DNA of 64,000 nucleotides from Sulfolobales archaeon (lineage in GTDB: Archaea > Thermoproteota > Thermoprotei_A > Sulfolobales > AG1). Location: positions 1-64,000 of the forward strand of contig JAWBYA010000006.1 of the NCBI GenBank assembly GCA_038867615.1, in the 5' to 3' direction. A program made the translations under genes and the position numbers. Shown here one piece after another: positions 31,041 to 41,339 of the stretch (its first letter is position 1; each line of letters starts with the position of its first letter). The notes beneath the pieces are model-generated. The model was given only the letters and a program-made list of their open reading frames with translations. It made no database searches and had not been told where the DNA came from.

Positions 31041-32513
31041 GTGCTTTTGGAGAGGCTGGGCCAGTATAGGTTTGGATCTTCTAGATCGCCTGAATGGGGA
31101 TCCGGAGGGATCTTTGGCCTAAAATACCATGGAGGCTATCTCTATTTTATGCTATCCATGGATGCCAAGGCTTATTTCGTTTCAAAGGATCATGTTAAGA
31201 TCTATGGGTTAGACCTTATAGGAAAACCCCCGAGATCTGGTGGTGATACATATAACGCCTCCGATGCTATTGATAACAAGATCTTTTTTGGAGGCTGGGT
31301 TCACGCACCTATAAGCATATCCCATGACAGGAGGGTTGATTTCAGCAATAAGTATTCACATATACATGTCTTCAACGCAGACGAGCAGGAGGTAAGGCTC
31401 TTATGGAGCGAGACAGGGGGTTATAGAGATACATGGGTCGGGGAGGTTTCAAACATACTCTACGATCCAGTAGGCCAGAGGTTATTAGTATCGAGGGCTG
31501 ATGGTAGCACAAACCTGGGAGTATATTCAGTAACACTCGATGGTAAGTCGGAGAGGCTTAGCGATAGACCAAGCCTTAAAGGAACACTTCTATGGGATCT
31601 GGCATGCTTCGACATATCCATGGGCTTCGAAGGATTCAGGGGGATACAGTGCCTAGATCTTGTTGAGGGGAGATGGTTCCAAAGAATCCCCGGAGATCTA
31701 TCTAGGATCTCTGTAGATGGTGGTAGCGTGACCAGAGCAGGTGTAGGGGTTATGGCGAGCATGTATAACAGGATCTTCGTCTTCGTGAGAGGGGGTCTCA
31801 TTATATGGGAGCCCTGGGAGAGGGAGGGCGAGGATCTATATTTCCTAAGACTATTCGACTTCCCATCAACCGACTACGGGCCCTTGAGGACATCATACAC
31901 ACACCTAGGAGGAGGGATCCTGGTACCTTTCAACACGTATCCCCACGGGATCCTGAGGGCCTCTGATGAGAAGCTCCTAGAGATTGCTAGAAGGCTTAAC
32001 AGCCCGCCAGCACCAACACTCCTCACATATATAGCCCCACCAACAATAAGGATCCTATGCCCCCTAGGAGCTAGGATAACATCGCTAGAGAGCCTCGGAG
32101 ATAAGATCGTTCTGGGAGCAAACACACAGCCAAACCTGGGCGGGGGAGACGCAAACCACCTTGACACGGGGGATAGAAGCCTACTGATCCTCTCAACAGA
32201 CACTCTCATGAGAGGATGCGGAGGCAGCATTGCTATAAGCATGAGAGGACTTGACATCGGTACAACGAGATGGGGAGGGATACCGGTGTCTTCGCTAAGT
32301 AGGGCTTCACTAACGATCTATGCCTCTAAGGATAACGAGCTGAGGGTTTACGAGTACGAAGCCTCGCTACCCCCAAGAATGCTGAGTACTGAGAAACACC
32401 TGATTAGGGGTGGGAAGAACACACTAGATCTCAAGGCCTATAGAGGAGTAGTGAGTTTCGAGCTTAGGGAGATGGATGGCGATGCAAAGATCCATATCGA
32501 TCTAACACCATGA
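31041..32513 (+). CDS. DUF2139-like conserved crenarchaeal protein
   Basis: PEWGSGGIFGLKYH, GGDTYNA, FGGWVHAP, FSNKYSHIH. Confidence 0.7.
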   Translation: MLLERLGQYRFGSSRSPEWGSGGIFGLKYHGGYLYFMLSMDAKAYFVSKDHVKIYGLDLIGKPPRSGGDTYNASDAIDNKIFFGGWVHAPISISHDRRVDFSNKYSHIHVFNADEQEVRLLWSETGGYRDTWVGEVSNILYDPVGQRLLVSRADGSTNLGVYSVTLDGKSERLSDRPSLKGTLLWDLACFDISMGFEGFRGIQCLDLVEGRWFQRIPGDLSRISVDGGSVTRAGVGVMASMYNRIFVFVRGGLIIWEPWEREGEDLYFLRLFDFPSTDYGPLRTSYTHLGGGILVPFNTYPHGILRASDEKLLEIARRLNSPPAPTLLTYIAPPTIRILCPLGARITSLESLGDKIVLGANTQPNLGGGDANHLDTGDRSLLILSTDTLMRGCGGSIAISMRGLDIGTTRWGGIPVSSLSRASLTIYASKDNELRVYEYEASLPPRMLSTEKHLIRGGKNTLDLKAYRGVVSFELREMDGDAKIHIDLTP

Positions 32514-32588
32514 GGTAAAACCTGGAAAACCTATGCATATTTATCTACAACAAAATAAACTCCTATATATCTCCTAAAAAGGATTATA

Positions 32589-33599
32589 GTGAGCGGGTTG
32601 AGCAGCAGGCTACCCTTAGTGGCTGTCTTTGGAGACTGGGATGCTGATGGTATCATAGCCTCCGCTGTTATAGTTAGCTCCCAGAGATATGGAAACGTCT
32701 ACCCCATTAACGGTGAAGCCTTGATCGAGTATACTCCTGCAGAGCCCCTCTACCTCTCCAGAGTTCTCTCCAAGAGTAAGTGTTATGATGCCCTCGTTAT
32801 CCTCGATATACCCCTCATAGATCCTGTTCTCAGCGTTCTCAGAACCTATAGATCTGGATGCGGCTCCTCCAGGATCATCTATATAGATCACCATATAACA
32901 TCACACGAAAAGCTCGAGGATCTCTACGGCTTGGTTGACGAGCCACTAATAGGCTATGTCCCCACCTCAAGAATAGCTCTCGATAGAGCTGTCTCAGCAG
33001 GCTTCAAGCCCAGCGAGAGGTTGAGATCCTTTGTCGAAGCGGTCCATCTAATGGATCAGGGTCTCAAGATCCCGAGCAACATGATAAGCCTCTACAGGGT
33101 TGTCTCAGGGATCTCTAAAGCCCTAGCGAGTAAGAAAGACCCCTCGCTCTGGAGAAGGGCTGTTGAGTGGATCTCATCACCAATACCGCTCCCAAACATA
33201 CCAGGGGAATCTATGGCGGAGATCGCTAGACTCGCTAGAGAGGCTGATAAGAGGATCAAGGAGGAGGCTAATCTCCTAGCAATATCAGCCCAGAAGCTCG
33301 GGATCTTCAAATACATCGATGCTAGGAAGAGATGGAAGGGTAGGGGTGCAAGTGCCCTTGCATCAGCACTCTATAGAAAGCTGAGGAACCCAGTGATCCT
33401 CTGTGTAGCTGGGGGCGAGGGACACGTGCTCCTAATAACCAGGCTTCCTGGGAAGGCTTATAGGGTTATAAGGATCCTGAGGGAATCTGGGATCGCTGTT
33501 AACGTGGGAGGCCACTCATCCCTAGGGATAGCAAGGATCCCTGAGAACAGGCTTGGAGAAGCCCTCGAGCTGTTGAGGAGGATATCTTATAGCCTCTAG
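32589..33599 (+). CDS. DHH family phosphoesterase
   Basis: DWDADG, ILDIP, YIDHH, GGH. Confidence 0.8.
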   Translation: MSGLSSRLPLVAVFGDWDADGIIASAVIVSSQRYGNVYPINGEALIEYTPAEPLYLSRVLSKSKCYDALVILDIPLIDPVLSVLRTYRSGCGSSRIIYIDHHITSHEKLEDLYGLVDEPLIGYVPTSRIALDRAVSAGFKPSERLRSFVEAVHLMDQGLKIPSNMISLYRVVSGISKALASKKDPSLWRRAVEWISSPIPLPNIPGESMAEIARLAREADKRIKEEANLLAISAQKLGIFKYIDARKRWKGRGASALASALYRKLRNPVILCVAGGEGHVLLITRLPGKAYRVIRILRESGIAVNVGGHSSLGIARIPENRLGEALELLRRISYSL

Positions 33600-33655
33600 A
33601 CTCTTTAATAAGGATATATGGATGCTGGGTGAATCATATTATGGGTATAGCACCA

Positions 33656-35458
33656 ATGCTATTTGAAACACTTTCAGAGACTTTCGAGAGGCTTGAGACC
33701 ACGTCAAGCAGGATCCAGATGACAGCGATACTCACGGAGCTCTTCAAAAAAGCAGATCCTGAGGATATAGATAAGGTTGTATATCTACTCCAAGGAGAGC
33801 TATGGCCCCAGTGGAAGGGAGAGCCTGAGATAGGTGTGGGGGAGAAGCTCCTGATCAAGGCCCTCTCCCTAGCATTAGCAACACCGGAATCGGAGGTTGA
33901 GAAGCTATATAAAAGACTAGGCGATCTGGGAAGGGCTGCTGAGCAGCTCAAGGCTTCTAAGAAAACCCCCACAGGAGGTCTTATAGCTTTCATGGGTGGG
34001 CAGACTAGAAAGCTAAGCGTATCTGAGGTTTATAACTCTTTGGCGAGGGTTGCAAGGCTTGTTGGCGAGGGTTCTAGGGATCTTAAGATAAAGATCCTTG
34101 TCTCCTTATTACAAGACGCATCGCCTAAAGAGGCTAAGTATATCGTGAGACTTGTTGAGGGTAATCTAAGGCTGGGTGTGGGGGATGCAACGATAATGGA
34201 TGCTCTTGCCCAGGCTTTTGGTGGGAGCGATGCTGCTAGACCTATTGTTGAGAGAGCCTATAACCTAAGGGCTGATCTTGGGAATATAGCGAAAATCCTT
34301 GCTAAAGAGGGTATAGAGGCTCTCAAGAAGATCTCCCCGGAGGTTGGTATACCTATCAGACCAATGCTTGCCGAGAGGCTTGACAACGCGAGAGAGATCC
34401 TTGAGAAGGTTGGTGGGAGAGGTGTTGCTGAGTATAAATATGATGGTGAGAGGGCCCAGATCCATAAGAAGGGAGACACAATCCAGATCTTCTCGAGAAG
34501 GCTTGAAAACATAACCCACCAATACCCCGACGTCGTGGAGATGGCTAGGAAGCATATAAAAGCTAGGGAGGCGATCGTTGAGGGAGAGATAGTAGCAATA
34601 GACCCCGAGACGGGGGAGATGAGACCCTTCCAAGAGCTAATGCATAGGAAGAGGAAGCATGATGTGAGCGATATTGCTAAGAAATACCCAGTCGTTGTAA
34701 AGCTCTTCGACGCTCTCTACGTAGATGGCGAGGATCTTACAGATAAGCCTTTCACCGTTAGGAGAGAGATCCTCGAGAAGATAGTTGAACAAGGGCCTAG
34801 CTTCTCAATAGCCAGCTACATGGTAGTAGAGGATCCAGAAGATCTCGATAGATTCTTCCTAAAAGCTATAGAGGATGGGTGCGAAGGAGTAGTGGTTAAG
34901 GCAATCCACCAAAAAGCAGTCTACCAGGCTGGTGCGAGAGGCTGGCTCTGGATCAAGTACAAGAGGGATTATAAGAGCGAGATGATAGATAGCGTGGATC
35001 TCGTTGTCGTTGGAGCGTTCTATGGGAGAGGGAGGAGGGCTGGCTTGTTCGGAACAGTACTCCTAGCAGCCTATGATCCGGAGAAGGATGTGTTCAAAAC
35101 GGTATGCAAGGTTGGTACAGGATTCACAGACCAGGATCTAGCTGAGATGAACAAGATGCTCCAACCACTAATAATAAAGCATAGGCACCCAAGAGTAGTA
35201 TCGGATATAGAGCCAGATGTATGGATAGTCCCCCAACTCGTAATGGAGGTAATAGGAGCAGAGCTAACACTCTCACCCCTCCACACATGCTGCAAAGACG
35301 CAGCAAGACAGGGGGCAGGGATCTCGATAAGATTCCCGAGATTCATTAGATGGAGAATGGATAAAAAACCAGAAGACGCCACCACAGAGAAAGAGCTCCT
35401 CGAAATGTATATAAGGCAGATGAAGAAGATCGAAGAAACAGAAGCCCCAGCCCCGTAG
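33656..35458 (+). CDS. lig: ATP-dependent DNA ligase
   Basis: PMLA, EYKYDGERAQIH, EGVVVK, WIKYKRDY, SIRFPRF. Confidence 0.95.
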   Translation: MLFETLSETFERLETTSSRIQMTAILTELFKKADPEDIDKVVYLLQGELWPQWKGEPEIGVGEKLLIKALSLALATPESEVEKLYKRLGDLGRAAEQLKASKKTPTGGLIAFMGGQTRKLSVSEVYNSLARVARLVGEGSRDLKIKILVSLLQDASPKEAKYIVRLVEGNLRLGVGDATIMDALAQAFGGSDAARPIVERAYNLRADLGNIAKILAKEGIEALKKISPEVGIPIRPMLAERLDNAREILEKVGGRGVAEYKYDGERAQIHKKGDTIQIFSRRLENITHQYPDVVEMARKHIKAREAIVEGEIVAIDPETGEMRPFQELMHRKRKHDVSDIAKKYPVVVKLFDALYVDGEDLTDKPFTVRREILEKIVEQGPSFSIASYMVVEDPEDLDRFFLKAIEDGCEGVVVKAIHQKAVYQAGARGWLWIKYKRDYKSEMIDSVDLVVVGAFYGRGRRAGLFGTVLLAAYDPEKDVFKTVCKVGTGFTDQDLAEMNKMLQPLIIKHRHPRVVSDIEPDVWIVPQLVMEVIGAELTLSPLHTCCKDAARQGAGISIRFPRFIRWRMDKKPEDATTEKELLEMYIRQMKKIEETEAPAP

Positions 35459-35704
35459 CATCTCAACTCCACACGAGATCTTGGGTATCGATAATAACAA
35501 GCATGAAGATCCTCAGAGCCGCCTGTATCTATTACAAACCCTAACACCAATTACCTACCCATAGAATCGTTAGAAGATCTCTACCTACGATCTTATATGG
35601 GATACATAACAGGGATTCTAGCTTGGATCTATGGTTATCTTCACAGCTCAATAGCTATCTCGATACTTATTTTTATCCTTGGGCTCATATATTGTGAGGC
35701 ATAG

Positions 35705-36493
35705 GTGTTGGCTGAATCTGTTGCCAAGTCGATTATCGAGAGCGTCCTGGCAGAATATGTTAAACGTATCGTTGAGAAGGCCTCCAAAGGTAAGAGGCTG
35801 AGCGACTGGGAGGTTGGGATACTTATGATAGACTATACCAGATCCATTATGAATGAGAGGATAAGTAGTGTTGAGAAAAGCCTAAGCGAAAGAATTAATA
35901 ACGTTGAGAAAGGTCTTAATGAAAGAATTAACAACATAGAGAAAAACCTCAGCGAAAGGATCAACAACGTTGAAAAAAGCCTCAACGAAAGGATTGACAA
36001 TGTTGAGAAAAACCTAAATGAAAGGATCAATAGTGTTGAAAAAAGCTTAAGTGAGAGAATCAGCAGTATTGAAAAAAGCCTTACAGATAGAATTGACAGC
36101 ATCGAGAAAAGCCTCAACGAAAGGATCAACAACGTTGAAAAAAGCCTCAACGAAAGGATTGACAATGTTGAGAAAGATCTTGGCGAAAGGATTAATAACG
36201 TTGAGAAAAGTCTTACAGATAGAATCAGTAATACCGAGAAAAACCTTAATGAAAGGATTAATAACGTTGAGAAAAGTCTTAATGAGAGAATCAATAGTGT
36301 TGAAGAAAGCTTGGGTGAGAGGATTGATAACAGAGACAAGCTGGTGGCAGAGAAGATAGAGAGTATAAATGCAAGGCTTAAAAAGGTGGAGGATGATATA
36401 GACTATATTAAGAGGAGCCTTGATAGCCTGAGGGATAATGTGATAAATGTTCTTGTAGCAGAGCTTAAGAGGAGGATGGAGAAAGAGGTCTGA
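35705..36493 (+). CDS. paREP15-like coiled-coil protein
   Basis: LAEYxKRIVxKAxKGxxLSDWEVG N-terminus shared with 50965-51576; hendecad repeats. Confidence 0.75.
   Translation: MLAESVAKSIIESVLAEYVKRIVEKASKGKRLSDWEVGILMIDYTRSIMNERISSVEKSLSERINNVEKGLNERINNIEKNLSERINNVEKSLNERIDNVEKNLNERINSVEKSLSERISSIEKSLTDRIDSIEKSLNERINNVEKSLNERIDNVEKDLGERINNVEKSLTDRISNTEKNLNERINNVEKSLNERINSVEESLGERIDNRDKLVAEKIESINARLKKVEDDIDYIKRSLDSLRDNVINVLVAELKRRMEKEV
35849..36343 (+). repeat. about 15 tandem 33-bp (11-aa, LNERINNVEKS-type) coding repeats
   Basis: Counted from the translation and visible in the DNA. Confidence 0.9.
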
Positions 36494-36515
36494 GGATTCC
36501 AAGGGTCAGGCTAGG

Positions 36516-37814
36516 TTAGGAGATCTCTATAGGCTCGAGTGATGAGAATTTGCTGAATAGTCTGAAGTGCTCTCTTAGATCGCCGTAAACCACTACTGTG
36601 TGGTTGCCTAGGGCTTTGTCTATGATATCCCTTACCTTGCCATTAACCTTCACCTCGATCTGTGTTCTGCAGAGGTCTTTTCTCCCGAGATCTCCGTTCA
36701 CGATAACCCCTGTTCCGAAGAATATTTTGTCGAGATCCTTGCCACCTATCCTTGCGAACGTGACTGTCTCGCCTTCTCTCATCTTACCCCTTATAGCTAC
36801 TGTTCTATCTGTCTCGTAGTATGAGAGGAGCACGGATGCCTTGGGATCTATCATTGATATTGGTACTGTGCAGTGGGAGAACACGGCTGTATTGGCACTC
36901 TCATTGATCCTTGTTATGTTAGCCATAAACGATGCCCTCCCAACCATGCGGTGTATTATTAGCTTTGTTATCACAGCATCATGCTCACCCTCATAGTCCG
37001 AGGGGATTCCGTCATCGCTTAGAAGGGCTACTCCTAGATACGGGCCCCAATCCCTGAGGGAGAGGTCAAGCATGTCTCTGGCCTCAACGGCTGCTGAGGA
37101 TATAGAGTATTTCTTAACAAGCTCCCTCATACCTATATATAGCCTCACGGCTTTCTCAAGATCATCGTCACTCCTATCCACCTTCCCAAAGGTGTTTTTA
37201 AGCCATGCAATCTTCTCACCAACCTCTCTAGCATCTGCTTTCAAGGCTATATCGAACATCTCCTCCCACCTGATCTTAACCATCTCAAGCCCAAGCCTTT
37301 TCCTCAGGGTCTCTGGTGACCTTCTAATCAGGAGCCATGGCTCCTGCTCACCGATCTGGGCAAACCTCGATCCTGGGAGCGTTACAAAAGCCCTTAGAAC
37401 GCTGAGGAATGGCGAGATCTTTTCACCAACCTCTGGTACATCGCCATAGCTAACACCAACATCCACACCATCGTATCTCAGGGCTGCAACAGCTTCTCTA
37501 ACAGATGCTAGAGAATTATGACCAGGGTGAGCATACACCAAAAGGGGTTTCCCAAACTCCCTACCAATCCTATAGATCATCCTATCAGTACCCCCGCTCC
37601 ACACAACAATAACCCCTCCATCAACCCAATCCCTATACCTGCGTGCCATAAGCTCGGCATGATCAGCGCTTGTCACCAGGGGTGCAAACTCGAAGTGATC
37701 TCCTATAGATGAGAGCCTCGTCTTAACCTCCTCATACATCTCTTCAGCATATCTTCTCTGGACATCCGAGAGGGGGGATGCAACCATAAATACAGCTATC
37801 CGCATGGCAAACAC
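36516..37814 (-). CDS. L-fucose/L-arabinose isomerase family protein
   Basis: SGGT, NSL.S..E, EGE, FMAN, HCTVP, CRTQ, LGNH. Confidence 0.8.
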   Translation of the reverse strand: MFAMRIAVFMVASPLSDVQRRYAEEMYEEVKTRLSSIGDHFEFAPLVTSADHAELMARRYRDWVDGGVIVVWSGGTDRMIYRIGREFGKPLLVYAHPGHNSLASVREAVAALRYDGVDVGVSYGDVPEVGEKISPFLSVLRAFVTLPGSRFAQIGEQEPWLLIRRSPETLRKRLGLEMVKIRWEEMFDIALKADAREVGEKIAWLKNTFGKVDRSDDDLEKAVRLYIGMRELVKKYSISSAAVEARDMLDLSLRDWGPYLGVALLSDDGIPSDYEGEHDAVITKLIIHRMVGRASFMANITRINESANTAVFSHCTVPISMIDPKASVLLSYYETDRTVAIRGKMREGETVTFARIGGKDLDKIFFGTGVIVNGDLGRKDLCRTQIEVKVNGKVRDIIDKALGNHTVVVYGDLREHFRLFSKFSSLEPIEIS

Positions 37815-38070
37815 CCCAGGTTATATTATCACAAATCTTATTAAACCTTCCTATAGAGAACCCTGCCTATCTGTCCCAAACATGGCTTAACGTTCTTTTA
37901 CTATAGCTTATACCTAGTCATAGGTTTCTCTTTATCCTTGGATATGGAGAAAAGCAATGGATATCAATAAATATTAAGGGATAAGTGGCGAGCATGGGTT
38001 ATGGTGTGGTTTTAGTATAATAAGGCTTGTTGTTTTCAAAAATCTATTGTTTAGATAGGGTCGTGGGAAA

Positions 38071-39402
38071 CTACCTGCTTCTGATAAGAGCTATGGCTCC
38101 GGCTATGAGGCCTATGACTGCGAGGCCTAGTGCTGCGTAGATCATGTTAAGGCTTCCAGAGATCTTTGAGTCGAGGCTGCTAACACTATTGCTGAGATCG
38201 CTGCTCAGGCTATTCACTCTACTCTCAAGACTAGATACTCTGTTGGAGACATCGTTGATCCTGGATCCCAGCTGGTTTGCCTGAGAGCTGAGCTGTCCTG
38301 ACAGCTGTGAGATCTTTGAATCGAGATCCTTTATCATAGACATCGCGTTTGATAGGCTTGTCTCTAGATCCCTCATCCTTTTCTCCGTCGATGCAACATA
38401 TTTAAGCTCACCCATATACCCGGTTGCCCAGAGAACCATGTTTCTAACAAACCTGGGGCCGTCGAGCATAACACCATAATACTGGGCAGTTATCCCTGGC
38501 TGGTAGTCACCAATAGGGCTTTCAGACGATACTATTATTGTCGCGTTCTTGATTACCTGCACAGCAACCATCGGGAATGATCCTGTGTCGCCAGCGCTAT
38601 AAGCCTGGCCCAGAAGACCCCTGGGCGGGGCTGTGTTCTCAACAATCTTACCGTTCGGCGATGACCATACTATAACACTTATACCTTGCGGAACATTGTC
38701 AGGCTTTATAGCGCTCCACGAGCCTGTAGCTAGATCTCTATATGCAACAACCCCTGGACCGTGCATCAATATCTTCTCAGCCCCGAAGCCTAGGAAGGAG
38801 AGACCCTGAGGCGGTTTGATCAACGCGACAACCCTATATGGTGCCTGAGCGTTTGACACAGGATCCTCTACCGAAGCATAGTCCAGGGCTAGATTGCTCC
38901 CCAGGGCCTCGAGGATCTTATTAACAATCGCTATAGAGGTCTCTCCAGGGGGATAATCACTATCTCCAGCGACCCATAAGGCTCTACCGCGAGTCTCTAG
39001 ATAGCTCTTTATAGCCTGTATCTCCTCCGCTGTGAACTCCTTAGTGGGCTGGGGTATTATGAGGAGATCTGTTAGGAGTGATGTGAGTGTAACGGTCTTC
39101 CCATCGGGTGTTGTCATCTTATCAAGGGTTCCTATAAGGTATCCCGATATAAGGCTCCTAGCTACTGGGTCGAGCTTTGCTAGATCCTTCTCCGATGATA
39201 GAAGCACATAGACCTCGCCATCATATAGAGTTTTAACAAGTATATCGAGACCCTTCGGCGACTCACCATGGGCTAGGTCTACAACAACTACATACCCAAC
39301 AGCTGATCTAGCTGGCAGAGCTCCATAGATCGAGAATGCGGCAGCGGCTAGAGCAAGGATCAGGGTTAGCGATAAAGCTAACCTGAAACTGCTTCTCACC
39401 AC
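38071..39402 (-). CDS. secreted, membrane-anchored protein with a GATase-like (DLAHGE) domain and coiled-coil stalk
   Basis: Signal peptide, DLAHGE, GDSD, C-terminal coiled coil and TM anchor. Confidence 0.65.
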   Translation of the reverse strand: MVRSSFRLALSLTLILALAAAAFSIYGALPARSAVGYVVVVDLAHGESPKGLDILVKTLYDGEVYVLLSSEKDLAKLDPVARSLISGYLIGTLDKMTTPDGKTVTLTSLLTDLLIIPQPTKEFTAEEIQAIKSYLETRGRALWVAGDSDYPPGETSIAIVNKILEALGSNLALDYASVEDPVSNAQAPYRVVALIKPPQGLSFLGFGAEKILMHGPGVVAYRDLATGSWSAIKPDNVPQGISVIVWSSPNGKIVENTAPPRGLLGQAYSAGDTGSFPMVAVQVIKNATIIVSSESPIGDYQPGITAQYYGVMLDGPRFVRNMVLWATGYMGELKYVASTEKRMRDLETSLSNAMSMIKDLDSKISQLSGQLSSQANQLGSRINDVSNRVSSLESRVNSLSSDLSNSVSSLDSKISGSLNMIYAALGLAVIGLIAGAIALIRSR

Positions 39403-39565
39403 CTATAACACCCCCAGAAATATTTGTTAAACAGAATATAAATACAATGCATCCTTTACACAAAATCATGAAATACCACACATTATCTATAAAAAACAAT
39501 TTATTATCCTAATCCATGCTACCAAGCTCCGCAAAGCCTGCCTTCTCATAGCTAGTTGGTTATCC

Positions 39566-41158
39566 TCACATGCTCGCTAGGATTTTTAGGAGCTCTTGAT
39601 ACCTGCTCTCAGCAGCCTTGGCTATTGCAGCCCTGTAGGTATCTATAAGGTTCTGATCCTTGAGCAAAATGCTATTGATCCTCTGGGCGTTCTCCTTAGT
39701 AAACACTATCTTCTGACCACTCACCGGGTCTGTGAATTCAAGCAGACCGCCTATATATTTGCTAGCAAGCTCTTGGAACTTCTCCCTCGTTATAGTCTTA
39801 TCCCTCAGCAGCTTTGCCACAAGGGCTTGCCATGCTAGCTTGAAGCTAGGCGGATCCACGAAGGCTCCGTCGAAATAGACCTGCATAGCTACCTCATAGC
39901 TCAATGCCTCGTCATCGCTGAAGTTGATGCTTCTAAGGCTTAACGTCTGCTGGTAAGAATTTCTCAGATCAGGTCTCTTAGCACCCTCGGGCGTGTCGAA
40001 AACCTTGGGGTTGGCTGGCATCCTGTTTATACTGGGGTCAAGCCATATCTTCTGACCCTCTGGCGAGAGAACCCAGGCTATGAATGCCTGTGCAGCCTCT
40101 CTGTATTTTGTGTTATAGGCCATCGCTATAGGATCCCCATTGATCACTGTAGCCCCTTCTGGCACAATATATCTTGTAGCTGGGTTCTGATTCATAGCTG
40201 TATAGCCGTAGAAATCTATAGTGAGGGCTGCGGCCACCTCGCCATTTATCACAGCATTCCTGGCATCCTCACTCCCAGGCTTTATATCAGAGTTAGCTGC
40301 TATGTATGCCAGCACCTCCCACCCCTTCTCCCAGCCATAGGCTTGGAGTATTATTTCAGCCATCCTTGTTGTTGAGGTGCTCCTACTAAGCTGTGCAATA
40401 GCTACCGAGGGTTTCTTATATGTATAGAGTGTTGTTCCATACTCAGGCTTACCGAGATCCTCCCAAGTGCTTGGTACGGGGAGGTTGAACTGCTTTATAA
40501 CATCGTTGTTTATAGTGATCCCGAAGGAGGATATAGCAGCAGCAATCCAGTAGATCTTACCATCGCTCCCTATCCTCTTCATAGGACTCCCACCAATCCT
40601 GTCAGGTATATCCCTAGCAACACTGAGGACAAGGTCAGAGTCTAGAGGAGCGAGAAGGTTATTGATATAAAGACTATCAAACAGCGTGGGACCCCCGCCC
40701 CACAGAACATCAGCACTCCCCCTCCTTATGAACTCAGGCCAGACAGCAGCATCTATAACCACTGTCCTTATATCAACTACACCGTATCTCTTAGCAAGAT
40801 CGCTCTTAAGAAAAGCATTCCTAGCCATATCGAGAATATTTGTCGGATGCCTCGAAAGGATCCTCAGAACTATACCCTGCGGAGCCTGAGCAGTAGTCTG
40901 GGGAGTAGGTGTGGTGGTAACCCCAACCACTGTAGTCTGGGGGGTTGTCTGTTGATACGTCTGCGTAGCAGTCGTAGGCGGTGTTGTGATCGTATATGTA
41001 GGTGTCGGGGTAGTCTGAACAGGGGCAGCCGGCCCCCTCGGCATCAGCACAGCAACGGCCCCGAGCACTGCGGCGATAACGATCACTATTACCGAGATAG
41101 CCATGGTTTTTGAGAGAGCATATCTATAGCCCACAGATGGTACCCAATATCTGCTCAC
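39566..41158 (-). CDS. ABC transporter substrate-binding protein (Fe3+/AfuA-like family)
   Basis: N-terminal TM, Thr-rich linker, ADVLWGGG, P.TWEDL, GWEKGW, GDPIA. Confidence 0.85.
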   Translation of the reverse strand: MSRYWVPSVGYRYALSKTMAISVIVIVIAAVLGAVAVLMPRGPAAPVQTTPTPTYTITTPPTTATQTYQQTTPQTTVVGVTTTPTPQTTAQAPQGIVLRILSRHPTNILDMARNAFLKSDLAKRYGVVDIRTVVIDAAVWPEFIRRGSADVLWGGGPTLFDSLYINNLLAPLDSDLVLSVARDIPDRIGGSPMKRIGSDGKIYWIAAAISSFGITINNDVIKQFNLPVPSTWEDLGKPEYGTTLYTYKKPSVAIAQLSRSTSTTRMAEIILQAYGWEKGWEVLAYIAANSDIKPGSEDARNAVINGEVAAALTIDFYGYTAMNQNPATRYIVPEGATVINGDPIAMAYNTKYREAAQAFIAWVLSPEGQKIWLDPSINRMPANPKVFDTPEGAKRPDLRNSYQQTLSLRSINFSDDEALSYEVAMQVYFDGAFVDPPSFKLAWQALVAKLLRDKTITREKFQELASKYIGGLLEFTDPVSGQKIVFTKENAQRINSILLKDQNLIDTYRAAIAKAAESRYQELLKILASM

Positions 41159-41339
41159 CTACAAAGGTAAAAATGCCACGCATATGGAGCCTCTCACCTA
41201 TAAACACATACCAGGTAATACTAATGCTCGGCCATGCAGAGCGGCTCAGCATCATCATAGCACTAGAAACCCTATTTAGCTCACCATAGGTTATGTAATA
41301 TATTATCTCAACCGCCCTAACTATTGCGGGGAGGTTTCC

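Noticed and set aside
35833-36502. Long antisense and alternative-frame ORFs over the tandem repeat; CRISPR-like periodicity
   Set aside because: Shadows of a 33-bp coding repeat with no unique spacers; not a CRISPR array.
41205-41260. Possible minus-strand box C/D sRNA starting ATGATGA
   Set aside because: D' and D boxes are degenerate at the expected spacing.
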